Shown: positions 51,770 to 64,000 of the stretch, piece after piece
Layout: the number at the start of each line of letters is the position of its first letter
How positions within the stretch are numbered: position 1 is the stretch's first letter
Assembly (NCBI RefSeq): GCF_006345805.1
Contig: NC_042997.1
Span: 123,132,001 to 123,196,000 of the forward strand
DNA from: Octopus sinensis
Taxonomy: Eukaryota
Length of the DNA: 64,000 nt
Direction of reading: 5' to 3'
Notes under the pieces: generated by a model
What the model was told of the DNA's origin: nothing
Database searches by the model: none
Seen by the model: the letters and a program-made list of their open reading frames with translations, nothing else
Translations under genes and position numbers: made by a program

Positions 51770-51965
51770 AACGGGAAAGTTTACGAAAATAAACAAAAGA
51801 CGAACGCAGGTGGAGTACAAACAAACAAACGTATTAGTATAGCGCTCAGGAATTGAAATAGAAAAAGCCTTTTACGTTTCGAGCCTACGCTCTTCGACAG
51901 AAAGATACACAGAGAAAAAACAAGGAGAGAAACAAGGAGAGAAAAAAATGCGCGTAAGAGCTAAC
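51770..51965 (-). mobile_element. PLE-type terminal repeat, CUGUNGA family, copy 3
   Basis: Homologous to the 37.5- and 46.9-kb copies and ends in (TA)n. Confidence 0.8.
51868..51905 (-). ncRNA. Hammerhead fold with variant core CUGUCGA
   Basis: TCTTT-CTGTCGA-A-GAGC(GTAG)GCTC-GAAAC-GTA-AAAGG. Confidence 0.75.
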
Positions 51966-52539
51966 GATGTGTGTGTGTGTGGTGTGTGTGTGTGTGTGTA
52001 TGTCTGTGTATTTGGTGTGTTTATGTCCATCGGTATCGTTCGTTTACATACATAAAAATAGAATAAGTACCACATTTTAAATAATTACATTAGTTTGTTC
52101 AACTATCATTAAACGGTGATACTTTTCTATGACGGTAGTCCAATGATTGCAACAAACAAAAGTGTGTAAATCTATCGCATACATAGACAGATTGTACGTA
52201 GGTAATGTTCACTGTGAAAGCATCATAAATAACTTTGTGGTATCCTATGATGTATACGGATAGATGTTTGAGAAATAAGAATAATGATTGCAATGGATTA
52301 TATTTTTTGATATACACAAAGCAACATGGAATAATTTAACAAGCAGTAGTAAACCACAACGTCTTCTTTTTGAGTCATTCAAATATTATGGACATGAATA
52401 TACAACAGTTACACCTTTTGAATGAAGTATAGGTATAAACACACAACCACCTTTATACAGACAGTGAAAGATATATATATATATATATATAAACTGTAAA
52501 TTTATCTAGTGTCTTAGAAATATGAAAAATTATATAGCC

Positions 52540-52815
52540 TAAAATTGGAATGCCCGGTGGTTTATTCTTAATTCCCTGTAAAATGTATGTAGTAAAATGC
52601 GGACATGATGAAAAATAATAATTACAATCACTGTCGGTTTTTAAGTTTTTGTAAAAAAGAGCATACAGGATATCCTTTTAACCTGTCGGCATAAGGTTTT
52701 GTCATAGTAAGGATTTTCCATTTAATATTGCAGCTGATGTCCTCGACATTAAGGTTCCAGATTAATTCCGGGAGATTTGTTGGATGCCTATTTTCTGGGT
52801 CTATAAAGGCTGAAA
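52540..52815 (-). mobile_element. Degenerate PLE GIY-YIG C-terminal fragment
   Basis: Reads SAF..PENRH.T.L...IW.L....I...IKWKIL...KPY, the same motif series as the 47.6-kb ORF. Confidence 0.7.
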
Positions 52816-53430
52816 GAAGATTGATATATATATACATACATATTCAATAACATTTTTACTTACGGATTGTAATCACAGGAATTCTCCTCCCCCTAATACA
52901 TTTGCCGATATATAGGTATATGTGTGTTTGTGCATGCGCGGTTTGAAACGTTGGTTATTTTCTGATATTTTCAGAGCTTTGGTCACCGGTGCTTCGAAAG
53001 TCCTCGTTTCGAGTTATCGTCATTTCTATTGCTGTTTCTGCTGTTACCACCTTTCTGTTTTCCCCGTATTCTTTCCCAAAGACTGCTGTAAAATGACTCT
53101 TAAGGAAAGCAAAAAATGTTTAGCATTTCAACAGCTACAAGTGAATATAGTCTAACAAATAACCGAATATTAGATATTGAACTTTCATGGACATAATATG
53201 TCTTCTAGTAACAGAAGCATCTGAATTTAAGGAAAGGTTTTAATTCAGTACAGCTTTAAGGAAATTGTTGAAACATGAATTTTTAATAGTATGTATGTAA
53301 ATGACTTATTTTTTCATGAAATTCAGTAGGAAATGTCTAATTTCATAATATTTCAGTTCTAAATGTTATCAAACAGAGCGCAGTCACCATGGTGGCTAAA
53401 AACGAAATTAAGTACTAAAATTAAATGTTC

Positions 53431-53637
53431 AAGGTGGTGAGCTGGAAGAATCGATAGCACGCTGGACAAAATGCTTGGCGGCAAGTCATCTGTGTTATGT
53501 TCTGTGTTTCAATTCCGTTGAGGTCGACTTTACCTTTAATCCTTTCGGAGTCAATAAAATAAGTACAAGTTGAGACTAGGATCGACGAAATCGTCTCATC
53601 CCCTTCTCTCAAACTTGCTGGCATTGTGTCAAAATGT
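53431..53637 (+). mobile_element. SINE family 2 monomer
   Basis: ggtggtgagctggaagaatcg...gtttcaattccgttgaggtcgactttacc. Confidence 0.8.
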
Positions 53638-54419
53638 GAAAGCAATATTAAATGTTCCGTATTTATTTTTATAAATAACAATTTTCTGCTTATTATCTAT
53701 TTTCTGAACACTACTCTAAATGTCAAAATCTAGTTTATAGATTTCAATATTTCTGCTTCTTAAATGACAGCAGAAAGTGGAAATCAAGTAAAGTACTATG
53801 GTAATGTATTTGAAAGTAATTAGCAGATCAAAAACGACTCTGTAAAACGCTAGAAGAACAGAAACGTGTTTCACTATCTAAGATTAACTATATCAAATAT
53901 TAATATAGTAATATGTCTGTTGTCTATTGCCGGAATAGTGCGTCAGAAAATTATTTTCTTTAGAATAACCTATCTGTCTACATGTGTACACACATACACA
54001 CACATATAAATACATATACATAAATATACAGCTACAGCCATAAGCAGATCATAATAACAAATCATCATTTGTATATGCGCATGATTCTGTGCATAATGAG
54101 GCGTCCTGACATATAAATAGTGCACTTTAAATATATCTTTTTAAAATTTATTAAACCTGAAAGATATTTAAAAATTGTTTTTGTATTTATGTATTATATG
54201 GCTTTTAAAATAACAAGAAACTGAATTAAAATACACCGTTCTAGCTTCATATAAATAAACAAGCGCCTTCAGAAAATATATTGATCCACTTCAAATATTA
54301 ACAGCAATTATTATTTTAATTCCAACGCACGTAAATGTTTACACTTGGAACAAAAATACATTCGGTGGTTCAATCTTGTTTTGAAAATAAATAGATATCC
54401 TATATATAAATAGATATCC

Positions 54420-54469
<50 letters not shown>

Positions 54470-54631
54470 CGCAGGGGATATCTACACACGCTTATACACG
54501 CAGACTGGCACACAGACACAGACACAGAAGGCAGACAAACAGATACACACACACAAGCGCACCTGTGTATATATATATATGTGTGTGTGTGTATGTGTGT
54601 GTGTGTGTGTATGTGTGTGTGTGTGTGTGTG

Positions 54632-54673
<42 letters not shown>

Positions 54674-55347
54674 ACATACACCAATGCCTGCATCTGCATG
54701 AGTGTGAATGAGAGCGATTAGGAAAGAAATTCAGTACTATGAGAAAATTCTGTGGAAATAATAGATTTTAAAAACGAAATTTCAGTGTTTGAATAATGGT
54801 TTACTTAATTTTTCAAAGTGTCAGGGATGAATTGAACATGTGCTCCTAATGATATTGAGTAAAATAAAGAAGAAATCTCGTGAAGATCCGACAATCAAAT
54901 GAATTAATCTGCCACTTTTTCCGCTTGGTATTTACATCGTGTCGTACGCGAACGCCTGGGGGTTACATGTGACATAACATTTGATTGACGACGAAATATA
55001 TACAAAAAAACTTGATGCTCTTAAGTCCGACCGATCAATGTTATTTGGAATACTAATCTGTTGACCTTGGATGAAAGTAGCGAGCGATGATTTCACAGCA
55101 AATGGTGGTATCAGAGCGGTGCAAAGGGAAAGTTATCTTTCATGTGAGAAATGACTTGCTTGTTGAGATTTATGATTGTTTGGAAGGTGGAGAAGGGAAA
55201 ATATTTACATGAAGAGCGGAAGGAAGAGGTTTATTACCAGGGTAATTGAAAATCTGTTGATATTCCATCGAGGATATGTCGAGTCTCCTTTAGATTGGAG
55301 TCCACAGATGTCACTGGAGAAGGACGGTAATTGTACATTGGATTATG

Positions 55348-55532
55348 TTGTTTGTTCCCTCTCATGCCATGCCTGGCTCATAAGGACCGGTTTCCCGGTT
55401 TCCTTGGCTTATAGGTTCCCCACCTGGATGGGAGGCCGGTCCGTCGGAGGTCAGCTGCAAGATGCAGGAGGAAAGAATGAGAGAAAGTTGTGGCGAAAGA
55501 GTAAGCAGAAGTTCGCCATTACCTTCTGCCGG
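55348..55532 (-). mobile_element. SINE family 3, 5'-truncated
   Basis: Matches the 3' two-thirds of 25724-26016. Confidence 0.8.
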
Positions 55533-57714
55533 GGAAGTAAGAAATACGCATAAACCCTGATGTGAAAACTCATATTACATTCATTTTTAAGATTTCCGAT
55601 CTTGAAATTATGTCTGCCTCTTTTTCCATTGCCTATCAAATGTCTTCAATTTTTCTTAACCAATTCCTTCACAAAGAATTATTTTTGGCCGTCTGAACTA
55701 CATCAAAATTTTGCGTATTTATCGAAGCAGATCACGCATCTCTCCCGCGTCTTCTTGCGAGTGCGACCATGTTTGTGCATGTGTATTGCAATGTAAATGT
55801 ATCGCAATGTAAGTATCAATGTGTTTCTTTAGTACATAATCACATAAATGTACTTTTGACAATCACAGGAAAGGCAGAATATCAGATCGCTCTCAATGTG
55901 TAACAGTTTATGTTGATGATGCTCATTATTTGCTTTAGTAGTTGTTGTTGTTGTTATTAACATAGTGTATTGTTATGTCGCACGTTCGGATGTCTTCTAC
56001 TCAACTCCTCTGACTGCTACTCTGACTGCTACGCAACTCAGCTGTCCTGACATCTAGGCTTCTCCATCTATATCTACGTATTGGGCTAGCCTACTTCATC
56101 GTCTGGGGGCGTCCACACATGTATACGTTTAAAATTTCAGTTGGATAAATTAGCCATTACGTTTCTCTTGCATGAGGCAGCAAGTTATGATTTGACGGAT
56201 ATTTGGCCGCAAATCTGCGTCTAATTACAAGCTTTATTGTTTAAGGTTTGTTTTCAGATATTGCTTATGTATGTTTTGGAGAGTTTCACTTAAAAGGGCA
56301 TTGATTATATGCCTTCTCTATACTAAGGTTGATATAGAATTAATAAATATATTTGTTTTAAGGAAATTCTCACAAATGGATATTGGCTGTCTGGAAATTA
56401 TAGCATTCGTTTGTGTGTAATGAAGTAAAGATTATTCCTGCTACATTGAAAAATAGGTTAGCTAATTATTTCTTTATTAATCAAGCAGAATGAAACGTGA
56501 CTTAGGAAGTCATCCTAGAACGAAATTTGGCGACGTCTATCGGAGGCTATGAAATGAGTGTACATCACGATCAGGTCCATAATGATTATTTGTTCAACAA
56601 TTTAAACTAGAGATAAATGTTTAAACAAAATCACTGATAAAGCCATCTGTCTTTCGAATATATGAATGTTTATACACATTATTTAAATTTTGCAACAGAT
56701 AATGTCTCCTGGCTAAAGACACTGACAATCTAAGAATTTCTACAGAACAATAAACAAATAGGAGTCGAACAAATATTTTTAGACTGGAATGGAAGCTGAT
56801 TTTGAGAAGAGAATAAAGAATGTGGGAAATGTATTTATACGAGTTATGCACAGTCATTCAAAGCAAATATTTATCAAGCAATTCGCAAGAAACTATTCAC
56901 TACTGTGACATCTGCTTTTATGCGATTTTTTTTCAAAGGACAGGGAGAGGGAATGAGAGAGAGAGAGAGATAGACAGACAGAGTAAAAGACAGTGAAAAA
57001 TTTAAACATTGATTAGCGAAAGAAAATAGCAGGGGAAAGATGCTACATTTAATTTAATTATTTATTTTTATGCGGTATCTAAAGAACTTTGAGAAATTTT
57101 CTCACATTAGCATTAGTTTCAAAATGTGTTATGTTCTTCAAAATAGTTTTAAACGGTGATTATTGACAAAATTTGCGTAAATACAGACACCTAAAGAAGA
57201 CAAAAATACTCTCTTACGGATGTCTGTAATAGTTTTTAGTAAGTGTTATACGAATATATACTCAAGATTTATTTACGAAAACATTTTTTAACCTAACAAC
57301 TATTTGATAAATTATTTTTTCCAGAACTGCAAAAAATCTTTGTTTCAAATATTTGATTAAAAAATTTACGTTCGATGCGGTTAATTATTGTTTGACTATA
57401 TATCGGTTGGTTTCCGAACGAAAACCTTTACCCACAATTCCCTTCGGAGGAGTAAGGTAGTTCTTAGTTTCTTGGACATGGGAAACTCAGATCTTTCACT
57501 ATTGACACGATTTGGCTCCGAAGTCTACCGGGTTACGTTGGTATCACAGTGTTAAACATAGCATACGTCAAAAAATCATGCAAGCGATTATAGCGATGAT
57601 GGCGTGGACGTCAACTACGATGATGATTACGACAATGAAGATGACGATGCTTATCATGATGGCCATGACGACGATGACAACGACGAAGATGATGTTGACG
57701 ATGATTGTAACAAT

Positions 57715-58020
57715 TATTTTTTATTTATGTGCCATTTCCAAGCCTAGCCAGATTCATGGGCCCGGTTTCCCAGTTTCTGTGGCGTATGTGTTCCCCCCAG
57801 CTGGACGGGACGCCAGTCCATCTCAGCGTTACCCAAAAAAGAGGAAGAAAGAGTGAGAGAAAGTTGGGGCGAAAGAGTACAACAGTGGTTGCCACCCACT
57901 TCCTGCCGGAGCCTCGTGTTTTCACTCGATATACACTCACAACGCCCGGTCTGGGAATCGAAACTGCGATCCTCCAGCTACGAGTCTGCTGCCCTAACCG
58001 CTGGACCATTGCGCCTCCAC
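57715..58020 (-). mobile_element. SINE family 3, full length with 12-bp TSD, inside a degenerate (GAT/GAC)n tract
   Basis: TSD GATTGTAACAAT at 57703-57714 and 58021-58032. Confidence 0.85.
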
Positions 58021-58759
58021 GATTGTAACAATGATAAGGACGATAATAATGAAGACGACAACGACGACGATGATGATCGTGATCATGGTGATCATGACGA
58101 AGGTGACACCGATGAGGATGATGTTGACGATAATAGCAACACTGATGAGGATGATGATGACAACGACGACGGCAATGACGATCACAACGACGAAAATTCT
58201 CTTGGTCATAGCGACGAACATGCTGTCGTAAATGGTGAGTATTTACAGTAATAATTACGACAGTCATACTCACAAGTCGTTATTGCTTGATCTTAATCCG
58301 TAACTTGGTCAACAACTTAATCTGACTGCTGTGTACCATGAAGAGAATAAAAACAGTTTTCAATGATAGCATTGAATCATATTGAATATAGATGGCCAAA
58401 ATTAATATAGAATTAGAACTGAAGTTTAAATCGTATTATAAGCAATAAGACAAGAATTAACTTCAATCTGACCACCGTATACTAGAATTATTTGCAGACT
58501 GGCTGTCGATATAAACTGTCTCTCAGCATTAAGGACATAGTATATATAATTAGTATATTGCTCTTCATTATGACAATTTCTATTGCGTAATTAAATCAAT
58601 CAACAATGAAAATAGGTCATTTTGCTCGAAATTCATTACTAATGTATGCTTTTAGTCATTTGATAATAATGCTTCCGAATCCCATGCTTCCTGGGTAAGT
58701 CCCACTACAGGGCACCTTCGGCAGTGGATTTGATTGACACAAACTGAAAGAATCCCGTC

Positions 58760-58802
<43 letters not shown>

Positions 58803-58917
58803 ATATATCACGTGACCGACCAGACCATCAGATGTTGGTACACATCGCTGGTCACAATGCGTTCGCATTGTTTTACCCTTCGAATGACGCCACCCCGCTG
58901 GCTAAGCGAGCAGGCCA

Positions 58918-58952
<35 letters not shown>

Positions 58953-59242
58953 ATATAATTTCAACAATTGAGGGTAAAATTAATTAATTATTAATCAATT
59001 TCACCAAGTATTCAGTATGTAAAGGGACCATTTTAGGCGAATTCAAAACATTACATTATATATAAGGGCTTAGTAAAATAAATTACTTTACCACATACTG
59101 AACTCATTAGAAATAGCAGCTAAAGAAATTTCTTCAGCTATTTCTAATACTTAAAGAAGATCTCTCTCAGATAGTGTTTGCCTAAACCAACTCACAAAGG
59201 TATGGGGGAAAAAACATTAAAAAATCAAGTGCAAAGGTTATT

Positions 59243-59294
59243 TGAGAACGTACGTTTCTAGATTAGTCAATTCGACATTTCTTTCGTCAGCTCA
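59243..59294 (-). ncRNA. Type I hammerhead, left arm
   Basis: Reverse complement of the 59841-59892 motif. Confidence 0.75.
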
Positions 59295-59840
59295 GAATTC
59301 CCTGAATCGGATTTGGGAACACTGAAAGTGGGAGCATACCCTTTCGGCTTCTTATCACCTCTAGAATTCTGCTCGAACTAAAAATGCTATCAAATTCAAA
59401 TATGCAAGCGAAGAATTTCTGCTCTCCCCTTTCCACCAGCGTGGGTTAAAATTGACAAACACCATGTATTATCGGTGAAAACCGCAGCATTTAACAGAGA
59501 GAGATGAATTATAATTTCAACAATTGAGGGTAAAATTAATTAATTATTAATCAATTTCACCAAGTATTCAGTATGTAAAGGGACCATTTTAGGCGAATTC
59601 AAAATATTACATTATATATAAGGGCTTAGTAAAATAAATTACTTTGCCACATACTGAACTCATTAGAAATAGCAGCTAAAGAAATTTAACCCACGCTGGT
59701 GGAAAGGGGAGAGCAGAAATTCTTCGCTTGCATATTTGAATTTGATAGCACTTTTAGTTCGAGCAGAATTCTAGAGGTGATAAGAAGCCGAAAGGGTATG
59801 CTCCCACTTTCAGTGTTCCCAAATCCGATTCAAGGAATTC

Positions 59841-59892
59841 TGAGCTGACGAAAGAAATGTCGAATTGACTAATCTAGAAACGTACGTTCTCA
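59841..59892 (+). ncRNA. Type I hammerhead, right arm
   Basis: TGAG-CTGACGA-A-AGA(AAT-GTC-GAATT-GAC-TAA)TCT-A-GAAA-CGTACG-TT-CTCA. Helix III is the palindrome ACGTACGT and the site is GUU. Confidence 0.75.
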
Positions 59893-60441
59893 AATAACCT
59901 TTGCACTTGATTTTTTAATGTTTTTCCCCCATACCTTTGTGAGTTGGTTTAGGCAAACACTATCTGAGAGAGATCTTCTTTAAGTATTAGAAATAGCTGA
60001 AGAAATTTCTTTAGCTGCTATTTCTAATGAGTTCAGTATGTGGCAAAGTAATTTATTTTACTAAGCCCTTATATATAATGTTATATATATATATATATAT
60101 ATATATATGCATTGTATGCGCGCGTGTGTGTTTGTGTCTGTATCTCTATTTGTCCACACTGCCACTTGACAACCGATGTTCGTGTCTTTGCCTCCCCGTA
60201 ATCCTGTGGTTCAGTAAAAGAGAACGATAGAATAATTAACTGGGTTTAAGAAATTCTCTGGTCGATTCGTTCGACTCATATTCTTCAAGGTGGTGCTCCA
60301 GCATGTCCGCAACCCAAGGACTTAAATAAGAAAAATATAAACCATATATATATATATATATATATAATATATATATATATATATAATATATATATATATA
60401 TTATATATATATATATTATCTATCTATCTATCTATCTATAT

Positions 60442-60512
<71 letters not shown>

Positions 60513-60521
60513 AAGGGGGAG

Positions 60522-60573
<52 letters not shown>

Positions 60574-62271
60574 GGATACGTATGTATGCATGTAGGTTTT
60601 TATGCGAAGTGTATGCCAGTTTGTTTTAAATACATTTTCAGGAAATACCTCGACTCTGTTCTGTGAACATTACTAATCTTTCAATGCACGAACAAATAAT
60701 TTTGTCCATCTTCTTCATATATTTATGATGCAAATTCTCAACAGAAATGAATATTATTATCGTGTCCAGAGGTAGCAGAGATTTTTCTTTTACTTGTGTC
60801 TACTTTGATTAAAATCGAATTTCTGTTTAATTCCATCTGGCTCTGCATCTTTGGCATCGATTACTGAATGATAATGACTTAAAGTAATTAGCGATGGTGA
60901 AATAGCGCGAAAGGTGTATGTCAATCTATTTAGCGTTAATGATTTTTAGAATTCGTTAACTGCAAGTTACACGCTAAATGTCTCTCACCATTACTCTGTT
61001 ATTTAGGGAAGAAACCTATTCAATGCTTTATAAAGAATATGTATATAATTGGAAATCATAACCGAAGCCAAATATATTCAATTAAGAAATTTCCTAACTT
61101 GAAGAAAATTTAGAGATTAAATGGGAAGGAAGCCTGAGACTTGCAATAATTAAGCAATGACCACATATTATTTTGGTTTTGAATCTCTTAATACTTTCTA
61201 ATTTTACCTTGTAGCCCGTTTTAAGATAATATGATAACAATCTATGCCTGGTAGTCGTAGAACAAAACTGATCCTAAACTTGTAATTGGGAAATAGAGTA
61301 AGACGAAATATCTAAAATTTGGACAGATGTAAAGATAGGCAAAATGAGAATAGTAGAAAAGATATAAAGCTTACATGTAGTGAGCAGAATGATGGGTTTT
61401 AAATCAATTTAGAAGACGCATTGGACTCTGGGTCGATAGGTAACACAATAACAAAATGTTATAAAGAACTTGACCTTTGGACTTTATAATCGATAAATGT
61501 CTAAAACAGAGCCAACAGAGCCAGCAGAGAATAAGCTCAGTTCGAAGTTGAAGTATTTACATTTATCTATAGAGAACTGATTTTTTGTTCTTGTTTTTGT
61601 AGCAGATGGAAAAGACACAGCAATTATTACATAGTAGTGGTTCATTTCATAGCTATCGTAACAGAACACAGAAGGAACAACATACAGTGTTACAGTTGGC
61701 AACGGTACCACTTTATTATTTTTATTTTTATATTAATAGAAATGGAACCTAATGAAACCGTGTTATTAATCTTACTACGAAAGTTATCATATATAATTAT
61801 AGTCTTAATGATTATGAATAAATTATACATATCTAACTTACATAAATGAGTAATGACACGTTATAATTGTAAAGTCTTTAATTTTTAAGCTTTACGCTCT
61901 TTAATTATAGGGATACATACGTCAGGTCTTTCGCCAGCATGACTTATACTAGCATCGTTGTTAGCTTGGTATTAGGATATGTATCTATACATGTGTGGCT
62001 GCGTGTGTGCGTTTATCTGTGTGTGTGTATGTGTGGTGGAGTAGGGCTTTGTGGATGTAAGAGTATACTAGTGAGTGCTGTGTATCTTAGTATAGTGCAT
62101 GTAATGTTTATATAACCGGACAAATTCGGCAGTATAGTATGTAATCGGTGGGCATCCGTATGAAAGTCTCTATCAGAAGAGATGAAAGCAAGAGCGAGGA
62201 TACTAGATCAATGGAATTTATGAAATAAATAGGACAATAACAGTGCTGTAAGGTGATATTTATGCGCAAGT

Positions 62272-62486
62272 AGGACTGTGGGCTGGCAGAATCGTTAACA
62301 TGCCGAGAAGAACGTGTCTCAGCATTTCGTCCGTCTTTTCGTTCTGAGTACCAATTCCGCCGAGGTCGACTTAGACTTTCATATTAACGAGGTCGATAAA
62401 ATAAGTACCAGTTGATGATTGGAGCTGATATAACCAACTCACCCCCGTCCGCGAAATTGCTGGCCTTGTGCCAAAAATTAAAACCA
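62272..62486 (+). mobile_element. SINE family 2 monomer
   Basis: ggctggcagaatcgttaac...gagtaccaattccgccgaggtcgac. Confidence 0.8.
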
Positions 62487-62543
62487 ATACTTATGTACAA
62501 GTGTATCCGAAAAATGCGAATGCTCGGAAATGCCATTTTTCGC

Positions 62544-62934
62544 TTACTCTTTTACTTGTTTCAGTCATTTGACTGCGGCCATGCTGGAGCACCACCTTTA
62601 GTCGAGCAAATCGACCCCAGGACTTATTTTTGGAAGCCTAGTACTTATTCTATCAGTCTCTTTTCCTGAACCACTAAGTTACGGGGATGTAAACACACCA
62701 GCATTGGTTGTCAAGCGATGTTGGGGCGACAACCACAGACACAAACACACACACATATACATACATTTATACGACGGGCTTCTTTCAGTTTCCGTCTTCC
62801 AAATCCACTCACTAGCCTTTGGTTGGCCCGAGGCAATAGTAGAAGACACTTGTCCAAGGTGCCACGCAGTGGGACTGATCTCGGAACTATGTGGTTGGTA
62901 AGCAAGCTACTTACCACACAGCCACTCCTGCGCC
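62544..62934 (-). mobile_element. SINE family 1, full length
   Basis: Best-preserved copy. Further fragments lie near 22880-23060, 36410-36545, 36715-36850, 38665-38780, 46300-46490 and 60125-60330. Confidence 0.9.
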
Positions 62935-63706
62935 TTATTTATTTTTATTCGAGATGTAAGCTTTCTATTAATATTTGAAAATAATTGAAAAATAAATGAA
63001 TTCAATCAATTCAGGAAAACGAAAAATGCAATTAATAACTGTTACACAATGATGGTGTGAGAAGAAAGTGACAAATTCCACGAAGATGGAAAAGACCACA
63101 ATGTAAAAACTGGTAGAATTCATAGAGAAAATGTAACTGTGGTGAAAGATTGGAAAGGTAAATGTAACACACGTGGTGTAGATTGGAAACGGCAGTGGGG
63201 GAGAAACTTTATCTTTTTTGTGTGAGAAGAATGGTCAGTAAGGAAATGAAGCAGCAGGGAACAGAAGTGTAATTGGGAACGAAGACGAGGCGGGTGGAAT
63301 TGGGGAGGAAATATGCAATTCGAAGCTGTTAACCAAAACATGGGTAGCGACGTCTAATAGAAAGTATGAGTGTGTACGTGTGAGGTGTGGTGGTGGTGGT
63401 GGTGGAGGTGTTGCAGGTGGGGCTTGTGTGTGTGTGAATGAATGTGATTCTAGATGCGAATAAGAAATAGATGCATCGTTGATGTCGAGTGGCGTGGAAT
63501 ATAGTGTTCGAGTCTAAACGTAAGACTTAGGGATTTGAGTGGAATAGTCACTGGAGAGGATTCTCTGCAAATCTTTTGGACAAATGGTGGGTAGTTTGCT
63601 CTATAAAGATCAGAGAGCATATATCGTAGCTCGCTCAACTTACACATACACATATACAAACATAAATACACACAAACATACACACATGTGTGTTTGCATA
63701 TATACA

Positions 63707-63823
63707 CACTTGTGATCACTTCAAACACCATGATTTTGATATATCTATCTATATATATATACATATATATACATATATATACATATATAATCAAAATCAT
63801 AGTGTTTGAAGTGATCACAAGTG
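63707..63823. repeat. 34-bp inverted repeat enclosing a (TA)-type microsatellite
   Basis: CACTTGTGATCACTTCAAACACCATGATTTTGAT (63707-63740) and its reverse complement with 1 mismatch (63790-63823). Confidence 0.85.
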
Positions 63824-64000
63824 ATGGCGAAATTCTACTCCCATTTATCTTCCCACACTGCCTCGACTCAACACGGAGACGTATATCTAGTCCTGGAGGA
63901 TGGAGTGCAGCCCTGGGTCAAGAGAGTGGCTGCTGGAAGACAAAAAAATCCCAGTCATGGCTGTCAGTTAATTTCTGCGACCACATTACCTCTAACGCCT

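Larger units (their letters stand above)
58954..60082. mobile_element. Rearranged PLE-type terminal-repeat cluster with direct and inverted repeats and two HHRs
   Basis: Direct repeat A at 58954-59131 and 59510-59687. Inverted arms at about 59053-59450 and 59685-60082. (TA)n lies at both ends. Confidence 0.9.

Noticed and set aside
55106-55117. TGGTATCAGAGC, the classic tRNA-iMet primer-binding site
   Set aside because: No adjacent LTR end or gag/pol remnant, and animal initiator tRNA would predict TGGTAGCAGAG. Treated as chance.
57512-58273. Long D/N/H-rich ORFs
   Set aside because: Degenerate (GAT/GAC)n tract split by a SINE with a TSD. There is no splice or codon evidence.

Overview
AT-rich, microsatellite-dense metazoan non-coding DNA (intronic or intergenic). 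The SINE families resemble those I associate with octopus genomes, so a coleoid cephalopod origin is likely (inference). I could not identify an intact host gene, and almost all ORFs in the supplied track are translated microsatellites. The window is a mosaic of transposon relics: a HERO-type RLE non-LTR element, an L1/Tx1 3' fragment, RTE and CR1-like fragments, a mariner remnant, a Tigger-like MITE, non-autonomous Helitrons, four tRNA-derived SINE families and many Penelope-like element (PLE) pieces. The main signal is invisible to the ORF track. About 20 hammerhead ribozyme (HHR) motifs from at least 8 sequence families can be folded by hand, most of them minimal type I with a palindromic helix III. 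Ten lie as divergent pairs in five large inverted repeats (20.3, 34.4, 40.7, 47.2 and 59.0 kb). The 47.2 kb repeat encloses a GIY-YIG endonuclease ORF, which ties the structures to PLEs. One three-copy family has a fixed non-canonical core, CUGUNGA (A6U). One solitary HHR at 38.0 kb has a full helix III and an extended helix I. All RNA folds are by eye and none is tested for cleavage. Repeat boundaries are approximate unless defined by TSDs or TIRs.
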